Positions 36,207 to 44,267 of a DNA stretch of 64,000 bases are shown one piece after another (the stretch's first letter is position 1; each line of letters opens with the position of its first letter). Under the pieces are notes generated by a model. The model was not told the DNA's origin. It made no database searches and saw only the letters and a list, made by a program, of their open reading frames with translations. Source of the DNA: Alphaproteobacteria bacterium (GTDB taxonomy: Bacteria; Pseudomonadota; Alphaproteobacteria; SHVZ01); NCBI GenBank assembly GCA_009694025.1, contig SHVZ01000007.1, positions 5,872 to 69,871 on the forward strand. The letters are read 5' to 3'. A program made the position numbers and the translations under genes.

Positions 36207-36231
36207 ACCTTCCGAGTCCGAGGACGCCGAC

Positions 36232-37944
36232 ATGAACGACAGCCCCCGGCTGACCGCCGTGAGCGTGGCCAGGAACCTGCCGTGCAAGACACGCGACGGA
36301 ACGGTCCTGCGCGCCGACGTCTATCGGCCGGAGGGTGGTGGGCGCTACCCGGTGCTGCTGTGCCGAACGCCCTACGACAAGTCCGGCAACCTCTACGTCA
36401 AGGACGCCGAGGCGATCGCCGCCCGCGGCTATATCGTCGCGGTCCAGGACGCCCGCGGGCGCTACGCCTCGGACGGAGAGTACAACTGGATGTTCGGCTG
36501 GCCCGGCAGCCGCATCAACGGCCCGGATGGCTACGACGCGGTCGAATGGGCGGCGGCGCTGGACGGCTCCGACGGGCAGGTCGGCACCTGGGGCAACTCC
36601 TATCCCTCCTCGCTCGCCTGGCGCCTGGCCGGCGAGCAGCCGCCGTCGCTGAAGGCGATGTACACCAGCGGCATGGCGATGAAGCACACCGAGATGTGCT
36701 TCGGTATCCTGGAGACGGGACGGCGACTGCAATGGGTGCACTCGATGGCCGCGGACGCGCGCCGCCGCGCCGGCGATCCGTTCGGGCCCTACACACGCGC
36801 CGACGCCGACGACGCCTGGACCCGCGTCGACCGCGGCAAGTGGATCTGGCGTTTGCCGCTGGAGACGATCCCCAAGGACGTCTTCTCGACGTTGACACCG
36901 CAATTGCACACCCATTTCCGCGAAGTCCAGGACGACTATTGGGCGTTCGACAAGGTCCACCCCAAGGTCCAGGTGCCGGTGAGCTGCACCACCGGCTGGT
37001 GGGACCGCCTCGGCGGCACCACCAGCAACTACGCCGGGATCGAGGCCAACGGGCCCAAGTCGCTGCGCGGACGCCACCGGCTGGTCGTCGGCCCCTGGGG
37101 CCATTCGACCGAGCGCTGGGTCGGCAACCTCGGCCCTCGCGACTACGGCGCCGCCGCCAACGCCTCCTACCCCGAACAGTTGACCCGCTATTTCGATCGC
37201 GAGCTCAAAGGCATCGCCAACGGGCTCGAGCGTGAGCCCCCGGTCAGCCTGTTCGTGCTCAACGACAATGTCTGGCGGCACGAACGGGAGTGGCCGTTGG
37301 CCCGCACTCGGTACACCGACTTCTTCCTCGGCAGCGCCGGCAAGGCGAATACGCCAGCCGGCGACGGCGCGCTTCTCGCCGAGCCGAAGCCCTCGGATCC
37401 CGATCGCTACGACTACGATCCGGCCGATCCCGTGATGAGCCTGATGGGTTTGGACGCGCAGGCGGCGCCCTGCGACCAGGCGATCCTCGGTCGCCGGCGG
37501 GACGTGCTGGTCTACCAGACGCCGCCGCTCGATCGAGATCTCCTGGTGATCGGGCCGGTGGTTTGCCATCTGTGGGCCGCCTCGGATGCGCCCGACACCG
37601 ACTTCGCCGCCAAGCTGATCGAGGTCGGTGCCGACGGCATCGCCCAGAACCTCTGCTACGGCATCATGCGGGCCCGCTACCGCCAGGGCTTCGACAAGCA
37701 GGTGCTTCTTGACGCCGGCACGCCCCAGGAATACGTGATCCCGATGATGCAGGTGGGCATCCGCTTCAAGAAGGGCTCGCGCATTCGGCTCGACATCGCC
37801 AGCTCCGACTTCCCCAACTTCGATCGCAACCACAATACCGGCCGCGACTACTGGTCGGACCCGGAGTTGCGCGTCGCGCACCAGACCGTGTTCCACGATC
37901 CCAGATATCCGTCGAGGATCGTGCTGCCGGTGATCGCGGACTGA
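36232..37944 (+). CDS. CocE/NonD-family (S15 X-Pro dipeptidyl-peptidase-like) hydrolase
   Basis: SD GAGGA. RTPYDKS, nucleophile elbow WGNSYPS, C-terminal beta-sandwich ending HQTVFHD. Confidence 0.88.
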   Translation: MNDSPRLTAVSVARNLPCKTRDGTVLRADVYRPEGGGRYPVLLCRTPYDKSGNLYVKDAEAIAARGYIVAVQDARGRYASDGEYNWMFGWPGSRINGPDGYDAVEWAAALDGSDGQVGTWGNSYPSSLAWRLAGEQPPSLKAMYTSGMAMKHTEMCFGILETGRRLQWVHSMAADARRRAGDPFGPYTRADADDAWTRVDRGKWIWRLPLETIPKDVFSTLTPQLHTHFREVQDDYWAFDKVHPKVQVPVSCTTGWWDRLGGTTSNYAGIEANGPKSLRGRHRLVVGPWGHSTERWVGNLGPRDYGAAANASYPEQLTRYFDRELKGIANGLEREPPVSLFVLNDNVWRHEREWPLARTRYTDFFLGSAGKANTPAGDGALLAEPKPSDPDRYDYDPADPVMSLMGLDAQAAPCDQAILGRRRDVLVYQTPPLDRDLLVIGPVVCHLWAASDAPDTDFAAKLIEVGADGIAQNLCYGIMRARYRQGFDKQVLLDAGTPQEYVIPMMQVGIRFKKGSRIRLDIASSDFPNFDRNHNTGRDYWSDPELRVAHQTVFHDPRYPSRIVLPVIAD

Positions 37945-37949
37945 CGGCC

Positions 37950-38837
37950 TTGCGCCTCATCCTGCTCGGCACGGGCACGCCGTCGCCATCGCTGAAGCGC
38001 GCCAGCTCCGGCTATCTGATCGAGGTCGGCGGCGACACGATCGTCATGGATCATGGCGCCGGAGCTCATCAGCGGCTGCTCGAGTCCGGACGGAAGGCGA
38101 TCGACGTCACCCACGTCTTCTTCAGCCACCTGCATTCCGACCACTGCCTCGACTATCCGCGACTGGTCCTGCAGCGCTGGGACATGGGCGCCGACCGCAT
38201 CCCCGACCTCAAGGTCTTTGGGCCCCCGCCGATCCGGCGCATGACGAATCTCCTGTTCTCGCGCGACGGCGCCTTCGCTCCGGACATCGCCGCCCGGATC
38301 GAGCACCCCGGCAGCATCGACATGCTGATCGCCCGTGGCGGAACGCCGCCCCGAAAGTGGCCCACGCCGGACGTGACAGAGCTGAAGGCTGGCGACGTCG
38401 TCGACGGCGGCAAGTGGCGGGTGACCGTCGCCAACGCCTCGCACATGCAGCCGCAGCTGACCTGCTTCGGCTACCGGCTCGACTCCGACGAGGGCTCGAT
38501 CTGCTATTCCGGCGACAGCGGCGGCGTCTGCCGGGACATCATCGCGCTCGCCCGCGGCGCCGACGTGCTGATCCACATGACGCATTTCCGTTCGGGCACC
38601 GAGCCCTCGGCCGCTTACCGCGCCTGCGCCGGCAGCCACATCGACGTCGCCACCGTCGCCCGCGAGGCCGGCGTTCCCACCCTCGTCCTCTCGCACATGC
38701 TGGAGCAGATCGACCAGCCAGGCATCCGCGAAGAGATCCTGCGCGAGATGATGGCGATCTTCCCGGGCACCATCATCTGGGGCGAGGACCTGATGGAGGT
38801 CCCGATCCGCGGCGCCGCCATGGCACGCTTCCTCTAG
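37950..38837 (+). CDS. MBL-fold metallo-hydrolase
   Basis: TTG start 5 nt after the preceding stop. LLGTGTP, HxHxDH box HLHSDHCLD. Confidence 0.85.
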   Translation: MRLILLGTGTPSPSLKRASSGYLIEVGGDTIVMDHGAGAHQRLLESGRKAIDVTHVFFSHLHSDHCLDYPRLVLQRWDMGADRIPDLKVFGPPPIRRMTNLLFSRDGAFAPDIAARIEHPGSIDMLIARGGTPPRKWPTPDVTELKAGDVVDGGKWRVTVANASHMQPQLTCFGYRLDSDEGSICYSGDSGGVCRDIIALARGADVLIHMTHFRSGTEPSAAYRACAGSHIDVATVAREAGVPTLVLSHMLEQIDQPGIREEILREMMAIFPGTIIWGEDLMEVPIRGAAMARFL

Positions 38838-38850
38838 CCGTCATAGGGCC

Positions 38851-41082
38851 ATGCCGCATTCGACCTACCTCGCCGACCAGATGGGCCATGCCGCCCTCGA
38901 TCCGACCGGCACCTTCGAGGCCGGCTCCTACGGCTCGTTCACGCTGGTCTATACCGCCGGCCCCTTCGGCATCGACGACAGCGGCGGGATCAAGATCTCC
39001 TTCCGCACCACCACCGACATGGGAAAGCCGCAGTTCGCCGACCCCAAAGGCCGCAACTACACCACGGCCGAGGCGAGCAACGGGGCGGCGCTCCATTGCC
39101 TCTTCGACCGCATCAACATCCGCCCCTGGGTACATACGCTTTACATCCGGTTGATCGGCGGATTCCTGCGGGCCGGCGAGCAGATCACCGTCCGTTTCGG
39201 CGATCGCCGCCGGGGCAGCGAGGGGATCCGGCTGCAGACCAATGCCGAGGTCGATTTTCCGTTCAAGATCTACGTCGACGCCTTCGCCACCTACGACTTC
39301 GTCGAGCTGCCGGCGTCGCCCAGCATCGGTCTCGTGCCCGGTCCGGTCGCCGAATGGCGAGCGATCATGCCGACGCTGCGGCGGCCCAGCGAGGCCTTCC
39401 GGCTCGCCATCACCAAGCTCGACCGCTGGGGCAATCCGGGAGCAGCCGGCGGCGGCGCCTTCGCGCTCTCGAGCACCCTGCCGGTCAAAGGCCTCCCCGA
39501 CCACATCGCCATCGCACCCGACGAGGGCGCGCGGCTGCTCGACGGGCTCTCGGTCGATCGACCGGGCGACCTCGTGGTCACGCTGACGAACGGCGCCGGC
39601 GACACGGTGGCGCGCAGCAATCCCCTGAGGGTTGCCGCGGGTCTCGCCTCCTTCTGGGCCGATTTCCACGGCCAGAGCGGCGAGACGGTGGGCAGCGGCT
39701 CGGCCCGTGACTACTTCGCCTTCGCCCGCGACCAGGCCCTCCTCGACATCGTCGGCCACCAGGGCAACGACTTCCAGATCACCGAAGCCTTCTGGGACGA
39801 GCTCAATCGCCTGACCCGCGAGTTTCACGAGCCCGGCCGCTTCGTCACCATGCCCGGCTACGAGTGGTCCGGAAACACCGGCGTCGGCGGCGACCGCAAC
39901 GTCTTCTTCCGCCACGAAGGCCGGGTCATCCATCGCTCCAGCCACGCGCTCGTCATGGACGGCCGCAACGGCAACACCGCCTGCCACACCGCGACGGACC
40001 TGTTCGCCGCCCTTGCCGGGGAGGAGGCCGTCACCTTCGCCCATGTCGGCGGCCGCTATGCCGACATTGCCGTTGGCCACGACGGTCGCATCGAGCGATC
40101 GGTCGAGATCCACTCGACCTGGGGTACGTTCGAGTGGCTGCTGCACGACGCGTTCCGGTTGGGATATCGCGTCGGTGTCGTTTGCAACAGCGACGACCAC
40201 AAGGGCCGCCCGGGCCTCGCCTCGCCTGGCGCCTCGCTGTTCGGCGCGATCGGCGGCCTCACCTGCGTCAAGCTGCGGGCGCTCACCCGGGATGCGGTGT
40301 TCGAAGCGCTCCGACGGCGACACCACTACGGCACCACCGGAATCCGCCTCCATCTCGACCTGCGCGCGACCTTTGCCGATGGAGCCGAGCTCTTCGCCGA
40401 CGATCCGGCGCTCGGCCCGACGACGTCGCGGCCGACATCGAACGCGGGGATGGGCGACATCGTGCGGGCGCAAGGCTCGGCCCACCTCACGGTCGAGGCG
40501 GTCGCTCCCGCTCCGGTCGAGCGCATCGACGTCTTTCGCGGGCCGACCCTGATCGCGACCCGTCGCCCCTTCCCGACGACCGCCCCCTCCCGTCGCCTTC
40601 GGGTAATCTGGGAAGGTGCGGAGTATCGCGGTCGCGGGCGCCAGGTGATCTGGGACGGCGACGCCCGCATCTCCGGCAATCGCGCGCTCCGCGTCCGGCC
40701 GGTGAACTTCCTCAATCCCGAGCGGCGGATCGAGGCCGACGGTGGCACGCATCTGCGCTGGACCTCGCTGACGACCGGCAACCTGGCCGGCATGGAACTC
40801 TGGCTCGACGATCCGGCGGCCGGCGAGATCGACGTCGCGACCAAGCCGGCTTCGACCCGGTGGAGAATCGCCGATATCGGCTACGAGGATCTTATCATCG
40901 AGGCCGGCGGGCTCGGCCGGCGGCTCCGCGCCTACCGGCTGCCGGAGGAGAACGCGCACTTCGCCTTTTCCTTCGACCTCGACGTCGCCATCGAGCCGGG
41001 GCATGACAATCCGTTCTTCGTCCGGGTCACGCTGGAAGACGGCCACCAGGCCTGGTCAAGCCCGCTCTACGTCATCCCGTAA
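38851..41082 (+). CDS. large (743 aa) three-part protein with a central PHP/DUF3604-like putative metal-hydrolase core
   Basis: Protein-like composition over 2.2 kb. Central ordered His/Asp boxes DFHGQS, GHQGND, GYEWSG, EIHSTWG, NSDDHKG, HHYGTTG. Flanking beta-rich N- and C-terminal regions have no motif I recognise. The family call is low confidence. Confidence 0.72.
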   Translation: MPHSTYLADQMGHAALDPTGTFEAGSYGSFTLVYTAGPFGIDDSGGIKISFRTTTDMGKPQFADPKGRNYTTAEASNGAALHCLFDRINIRPWVHTLYIRLIGGFLRAGEQITVRFGDRRRGSEGIRLQTNAEVDFPFKIYVDAFATYDFVELPASPSIGLVPGPVAEWRAIMPTLRRPSEAFRLAITKLDRWGNPGAAGGGAFALSSTLPVKGLPDHIAIAPDEGARLLDGLSVDRPGDLVVTLTNGAGDTVARSNPLRVAAGLASFWADFHGQSGETVGSGSARDYFAFARDQALLDIVGHQGNDFQITEAFWDELNRLTREFHEPGRFVTMPGYEWSGNTGVGGDRNVFFRHEGRVIHRSSHALVMDGRNGNTACHTATDLFAALAGEEAVTFAHVGGRYADIAVGHDGRIERSVEIHSTWGTFEWLLHDAFRLGYRVGVVCNSDDHKGRPGLASPGASLFGAIGGLTCVKLRALTRDAVFEALRRRHHYGTTGIRLHLDLRATFADGAELFADDPALGPTTSRPTSNAGMGDIVRAQGSAHLTVEAVAPAPVERIDVFRGPTLIATRRPFPTTAPSRRLRVIWEGAEYRGRGRQVIWDGDARISGNRALRVRPVNFLNPERRIEADGGTHLRWTSLTTGNLAGMELWLDDPAAGEIDVATKPASTRWRIADIGYEDLIIEAGGLGRRLRAYRLPEENAHFAFSFDLDVAIEPGHDNPFFVRVTLEDGHQAWSSPLYVIP

Positions 41083-41094
41083 CGGGGTTGCCTC

Positions 41095-42504
41095 CTACAG
41101 CTTTGGCCGTGCCTCGGCCCAGGGCCGTGCCTTCTCGAAGGCCCGGGATGCCTGAAGGACGACGTCGTCGCGGAAGCGCCGACCGACGATCTGGATCCCG
41201 ACCGGAAGGCCGGCCGGTGTGAAGCCGCAGGGACAGGTCGCCGCCGGGTTCCAGGTGAGGTTGAATGGGTAGCTGAAGCCGGCCCAACGGATCCAATCCC
41301 AAGGGTGCTGCTCCCAATGGGAGGGGATGAGGTCGCCCGCCTTGAAGGCGGCGACCGACAGCGTCGGCGTCAGCAGCAGGTCGTATTTGCCGAAGAAGGC
41401 CTGGACCTTGTCGTAGTACTCGAAGCGGCGGAGCCGCATCCGCACATACTCGGCGGCGGTGTATGCAAACCCGGCCCGGGTGCAGGCGACCAGGCCGGGA
41501 TCCATGTACTTCTCCCACTTGTCGAGGATCGGTCCGAGGCTCGCGGCATACCAGCTCGCGTAGAAGAAAAGCTCCATGTCGGTCGGATCGCCCCAGCCGG
41601 GATCGGAGACTTCCTCGACATGCGCGCCCAGCGCCTCGAAGGCCTTCGCCGCCTTGGCGACGGGCACCGCCACCTCCTCGTCGACCTTGAGGTATCCGAG
41701 GTTGGCGCTGAAGGCGACGCGGAGGCCTTTGACGCCTTTGTCCAGGCCCTTGAGGTAGTCCGGCGGCGAGGCCTCGAGGCTGGTCGCATCGCGGTCGTCG
41801 GGGCCGGCCATCGCATTCAGCATGAGGGCGGCATCGGCGACCGTGCGCGTCATCGGCCCGACATGGGAGATCTGGTCGGCCGCGCCCGTCGGATATGCCG
41901 CGACCCGACCGAAGGACGGCTTGAGCCCATAGATGCCGCAGAAGCCGGCGGGCATGCGGACCGAGCCGGCGCCGTCGGAGCCCTGGTGGATCGGACCGAT
42001 GCCGGCGGCGGTGCAGATCGCGGCACCGGTCGAGGAGCCGCCGGCGTTGTAGCCGAGCTTCCAGGGATTGTGCGAGATGCCGGTGACCGGGCTGTCGCCG
42101 CAGCCCTTCCACCCCAGCTCGGGCACCGTCGTCTTGCCGATGGAGATGGCGCCGGCCGCCGCCAGCCGCTCGGCCGCTGGCGCATCCACCTCCGGCACCC
42201 GCGTCGCGAAGATGTGGCTGCCGCCCATCGTGCGGACGCCCTTGGTGAACAGGAGGTCCTTGAGCGTGATCGGGATGCCGTGGAGAGCGCCCAGCTTCTT
42301 CCCCTTCATCACCGCCTGCTCGGCCTTCTTGGCGCGGTCGCGGGCTTGGTCGGCGGTCCAGGTGCAAATGGCGTTCAGCTTCGGATTCAGCGCTTCCGCC
42401 CGCTCGAGCACCGTGTCCATCAGCTCGACCGGCGACAGTTTCTTCCGCGCGATCATGTCGGCGAGCTTGGTCGCCGGCGTGAAGCAAAGATCTTCCTTGT
42501 TCAT
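41095..42504 (-). CDS. amidase (amidase-signature family)
   Basis: SD GGGGAGGGG. AS-family glycine/serine-rich box GGSSTGAA; 469 aa. Confidence 0.9.
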   Translation of the reverse strand: MNKEDLCFTPATKLADMIARKKLSPVELMDTVLERAEALNPKLNAICTWTADQARDRAKKAEQAVMKGKKLGALHGIPITLKDLLFTKGVRTMGGSHIFATRVPEVDAPAAERLAAAGAISIGKTTVPELGWKGCGDSPVTGISHNPWKLGYNAGGSSTGAAICTAAGIGPIHQGSDGAGSVRMPAGFCGIYGLKPSFGRVAAYPTGAADQISHVGPMTRTVADAALMLNAMAGPDDRDATSLEASPPDYLKGLDKGVKGLRVAFSANLGYLKVDEEVAVPVAKAAKAFEALGAHVEEVSDPGWGDPTDMELFFYASWYAASLGPILDKWEKYMDPGLVACTRAGFAYTAAEYVRMRLRRFEYYDKVQAFFGKYDLLLTPTLSVAAFKAGDLIPSHWEQHPWDWIRWAGFSYPFNLTWNPAATCPCGFTPAGLPVGIQIVGRRFRDDVVLQASRAFEKARPWAEARPKL

Positions 42505-42668
42505 GTCCCCTCCCCTGGGCGATTCACCGAGTAAAGCAGCCGGCGGACGATGCCGGAAACAAACCCGGATCGATCCGAAACGCCGAGAACGCCGGTGACG
42601 CCCCGGAAACGCACCTGCTAGGGTTGGGGCCTCGCCTGAACGCCCGCAATCGACGCGAGAGAGCCGAC

Positions 42669-43691
42669 ATGACCCTGAGGACGATCGTCTACGTCTCGCA
42701 CGCGGATGGCCGCGAGGTCTTCGTCATGAAGATGGACCCGGAGACCGGGGACCTGGCGCTCCTGGAGAAGGTGCCGGTGACCGGTGTCGCCATGCCGATG
42801 GCGGTGAGCCCGGACCGCCGCTATCTCTTCGTCGGCCTGCGCTCGGAGCCCTACTCGGTCGCGAGCTTCCGCATCGACCCGTCGAGCGGACGCCTCTCGC
42901 CGATCGCGACGACCGCGCTGCCCGACAACTTCGCCTATATCGCGACCGACCGTGCCGGCCGTTTTCTCCTCGGCGCCTCCTATTCAGGCAACAAGGTGGC
43001 GGTGAACCCCATCGGCCCCCACGGCTACGTCCAGGAACGCCCGGTGCAGGTCTTCGGCAGCCCGCCGAACGCGCATTGCATCCTCGCCGATCCGTCCAAT
43101 CGCTTTGTCTATGCACCATGCCTCGGCGGCAACGTGATCCTGCAGCTTAAGTTCGACGCGGCGACCGGCATCGTCGTTCCCAACGATCCGCACGCCGCAC
43201 CGGCAGCAGCGCCCGGGGCCGGTCCCCGGCACATCGCCTTCCACCCGAACAACGCCTTCCTCTATCTCCTGAACGAACTCGACGGCACCGCCAGCATGTA
43301 CGCCGCCGATGCGACGTCAGGCATCTTGAGCCTGCGCCAGACGCTCGATGCGAAGCCGCCGGGGCTGACCGAGAAGCCGTCGGCCGCGGACGTGCACATC
43401 ACCCCGAACGGCCGGTTCCTCTACGGTACCGTGCGCGGGTCCAACACGATCGCCGGCTTCGCCGTCGACCCGCTGACCGGCCTCCTCACCCTCATCGACC
43501 ACTGGCCGACCGAGGGGCATCCACGCGGCTTCAACATCTGCCCGCGGGGCCGCTTCCTCTATGCCGTCGGCCTCACCTCGCATCACCTCCAAAGCTACCG
43601 CATCGACGCCGATTCCGGGAAGCTCACGCCGCTGAAGCGCCTGGCGATGGGCCAGGGACCGAACTGGGTCGAGATCCTCGATTTGCCCTGA
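42669..43691 (+). CDS. beta-propeller lactonase (YbhE/Pgl-like, 3-carboxymuconate-cyclase-like fold)
   Basis: Track ORF starts at 42624. ATG 42669 has GAGAGAG upstream. Repeated blade motifs (GPRHIAFHPN, HPRGFNICPRGRFLY). Confidence 0.85.
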   Translation: MTLRTIVYVSHADGREVFVMKMDPETGDLALLEKVPVTGVAMPMAVSPDRRYLFVGLRSEPYSVASFRIDPSSGRLSPIATTALPDNFAYIATDRAGRFLLGASYSGNKVAVNPIGPHGYVQERPVQVFGSPPNAHCILADPSNRFVYAPCLGGNVILQLKFDAATGIVVPNDPHAAPAAAPGAGPRHIAFHPNNAFLYLLNELDGTASMYAADATSGILSLRQTLDAKPPGLTEKPSAADVHITPNGRFLYGTVRGSNTIAGFAVDPLTGLLTLIDHWPTEGHPRGFNICPRGRFLYAVGLTSHHLQSYRIDADSGKLTPLKRLAMGQGPNWVEILDLP

Positions 43692-43718
43692 ACAAGGCGT
43701 GACGGAGCCCCGGAGCGC

Positions 43719-43794
43719 GAGTTGATCAAGGGGATCGCTCGGCCGTTCGAACTCCGCCGAGCCCTTCACCACCGGACAGGACTTCAAGATCGAC
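43719..43794 (+). pseudogene. frame-broken relic of the 3' end of an SDR gene (paralogue of 48711..49454)
   Basis: Three collinear nt blocks match the last ~40 codons of the intact SDR: 43719-43738 vs 49314-49333 (18/20), 43754-43764 vs 49390-49400 (11/11), 43774-43794 vs 49413-49433 (21/21). A net 44-nt deletion shifts the frame (LIKGIA in one frame, FTTGQDFKID in another). Confidence 0.65.
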
Positions 43795-44267
43795 TGCAGT
43801 CGGTTCGGCGACGCTGCCGCCGCGCGCGCTCCAGCCAGCCGCCTCGCGTCGATCGAGTGACGGTCGATGTCTTGGCCGAACTCACGATGTCGACTCGTCC
43901 GCCGGAGCCTCTTCCGCACGATCCCGCTCTGTCTCGATCGACGCTAAAACCTGTCATACCAATCCACTATGACCCCAATCTCGGCAGAGACAGATGCCGT
44001 TCTCGGCAATAAGAAAATCAAGGTTTTGTTGGAAAATTGGCGACGCCCGCGCAGATTCTCCACCTCATTGACAGCCGGGTCTACATATAATACCAAACAT
44101 CTGCGATCAGCTCCTTTGCCGGCACTGCGTCGTCGTCTCGGAGGAATGCCCCGGTCACGCAGGTCTGCGGACAAGGGCTGATCGCGTACAGAAACAACCG
44201 CTCGGGGCGGCTCCTCGCACGTGTTGCCTCCGAGCGGCTCTAAAACAGGCCATGGGAGGACACGCGC

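Noticed and set aside
36130-37896. 588-aa minus-strand ORF antisense to the CocE/NonD gene
   Set aside because: Shadow ORF with no motifs, opposite a well-supported gene.
38773-41046. 757-aa minus-strand ORF antisense to the 743-aa gene
   Set aside because: I considered it because the plus-strand gene has an uncertain family. However, the plus-strand product has balanced composition and ordered His/Asp motifs, whereas the minus-strand product is Arg/Gly/Ala/Asp-rich low complexity.
44068-44091. Perfect TTGACA and TATAAT hexamers upstream of the SBP gene at 44268
   Set aside because: The spacer is only 12 nt (44074-44085), far from the 16-19 nt needed for a sigma-70 promoter, so I do not call it a promoter.
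43969-44181. 70-aa ORF in the AT-rich intergenic core (MTPISAETDAVLGNKKIKVLLENW...)
   Set aside because: The first ~25 residues look protein-like, but there is no SD, the remainder is Arg/Ser/Pro-rich, and I recognise no family. Evidence is insufficient to call a gene; it may be debris of a lost gene.
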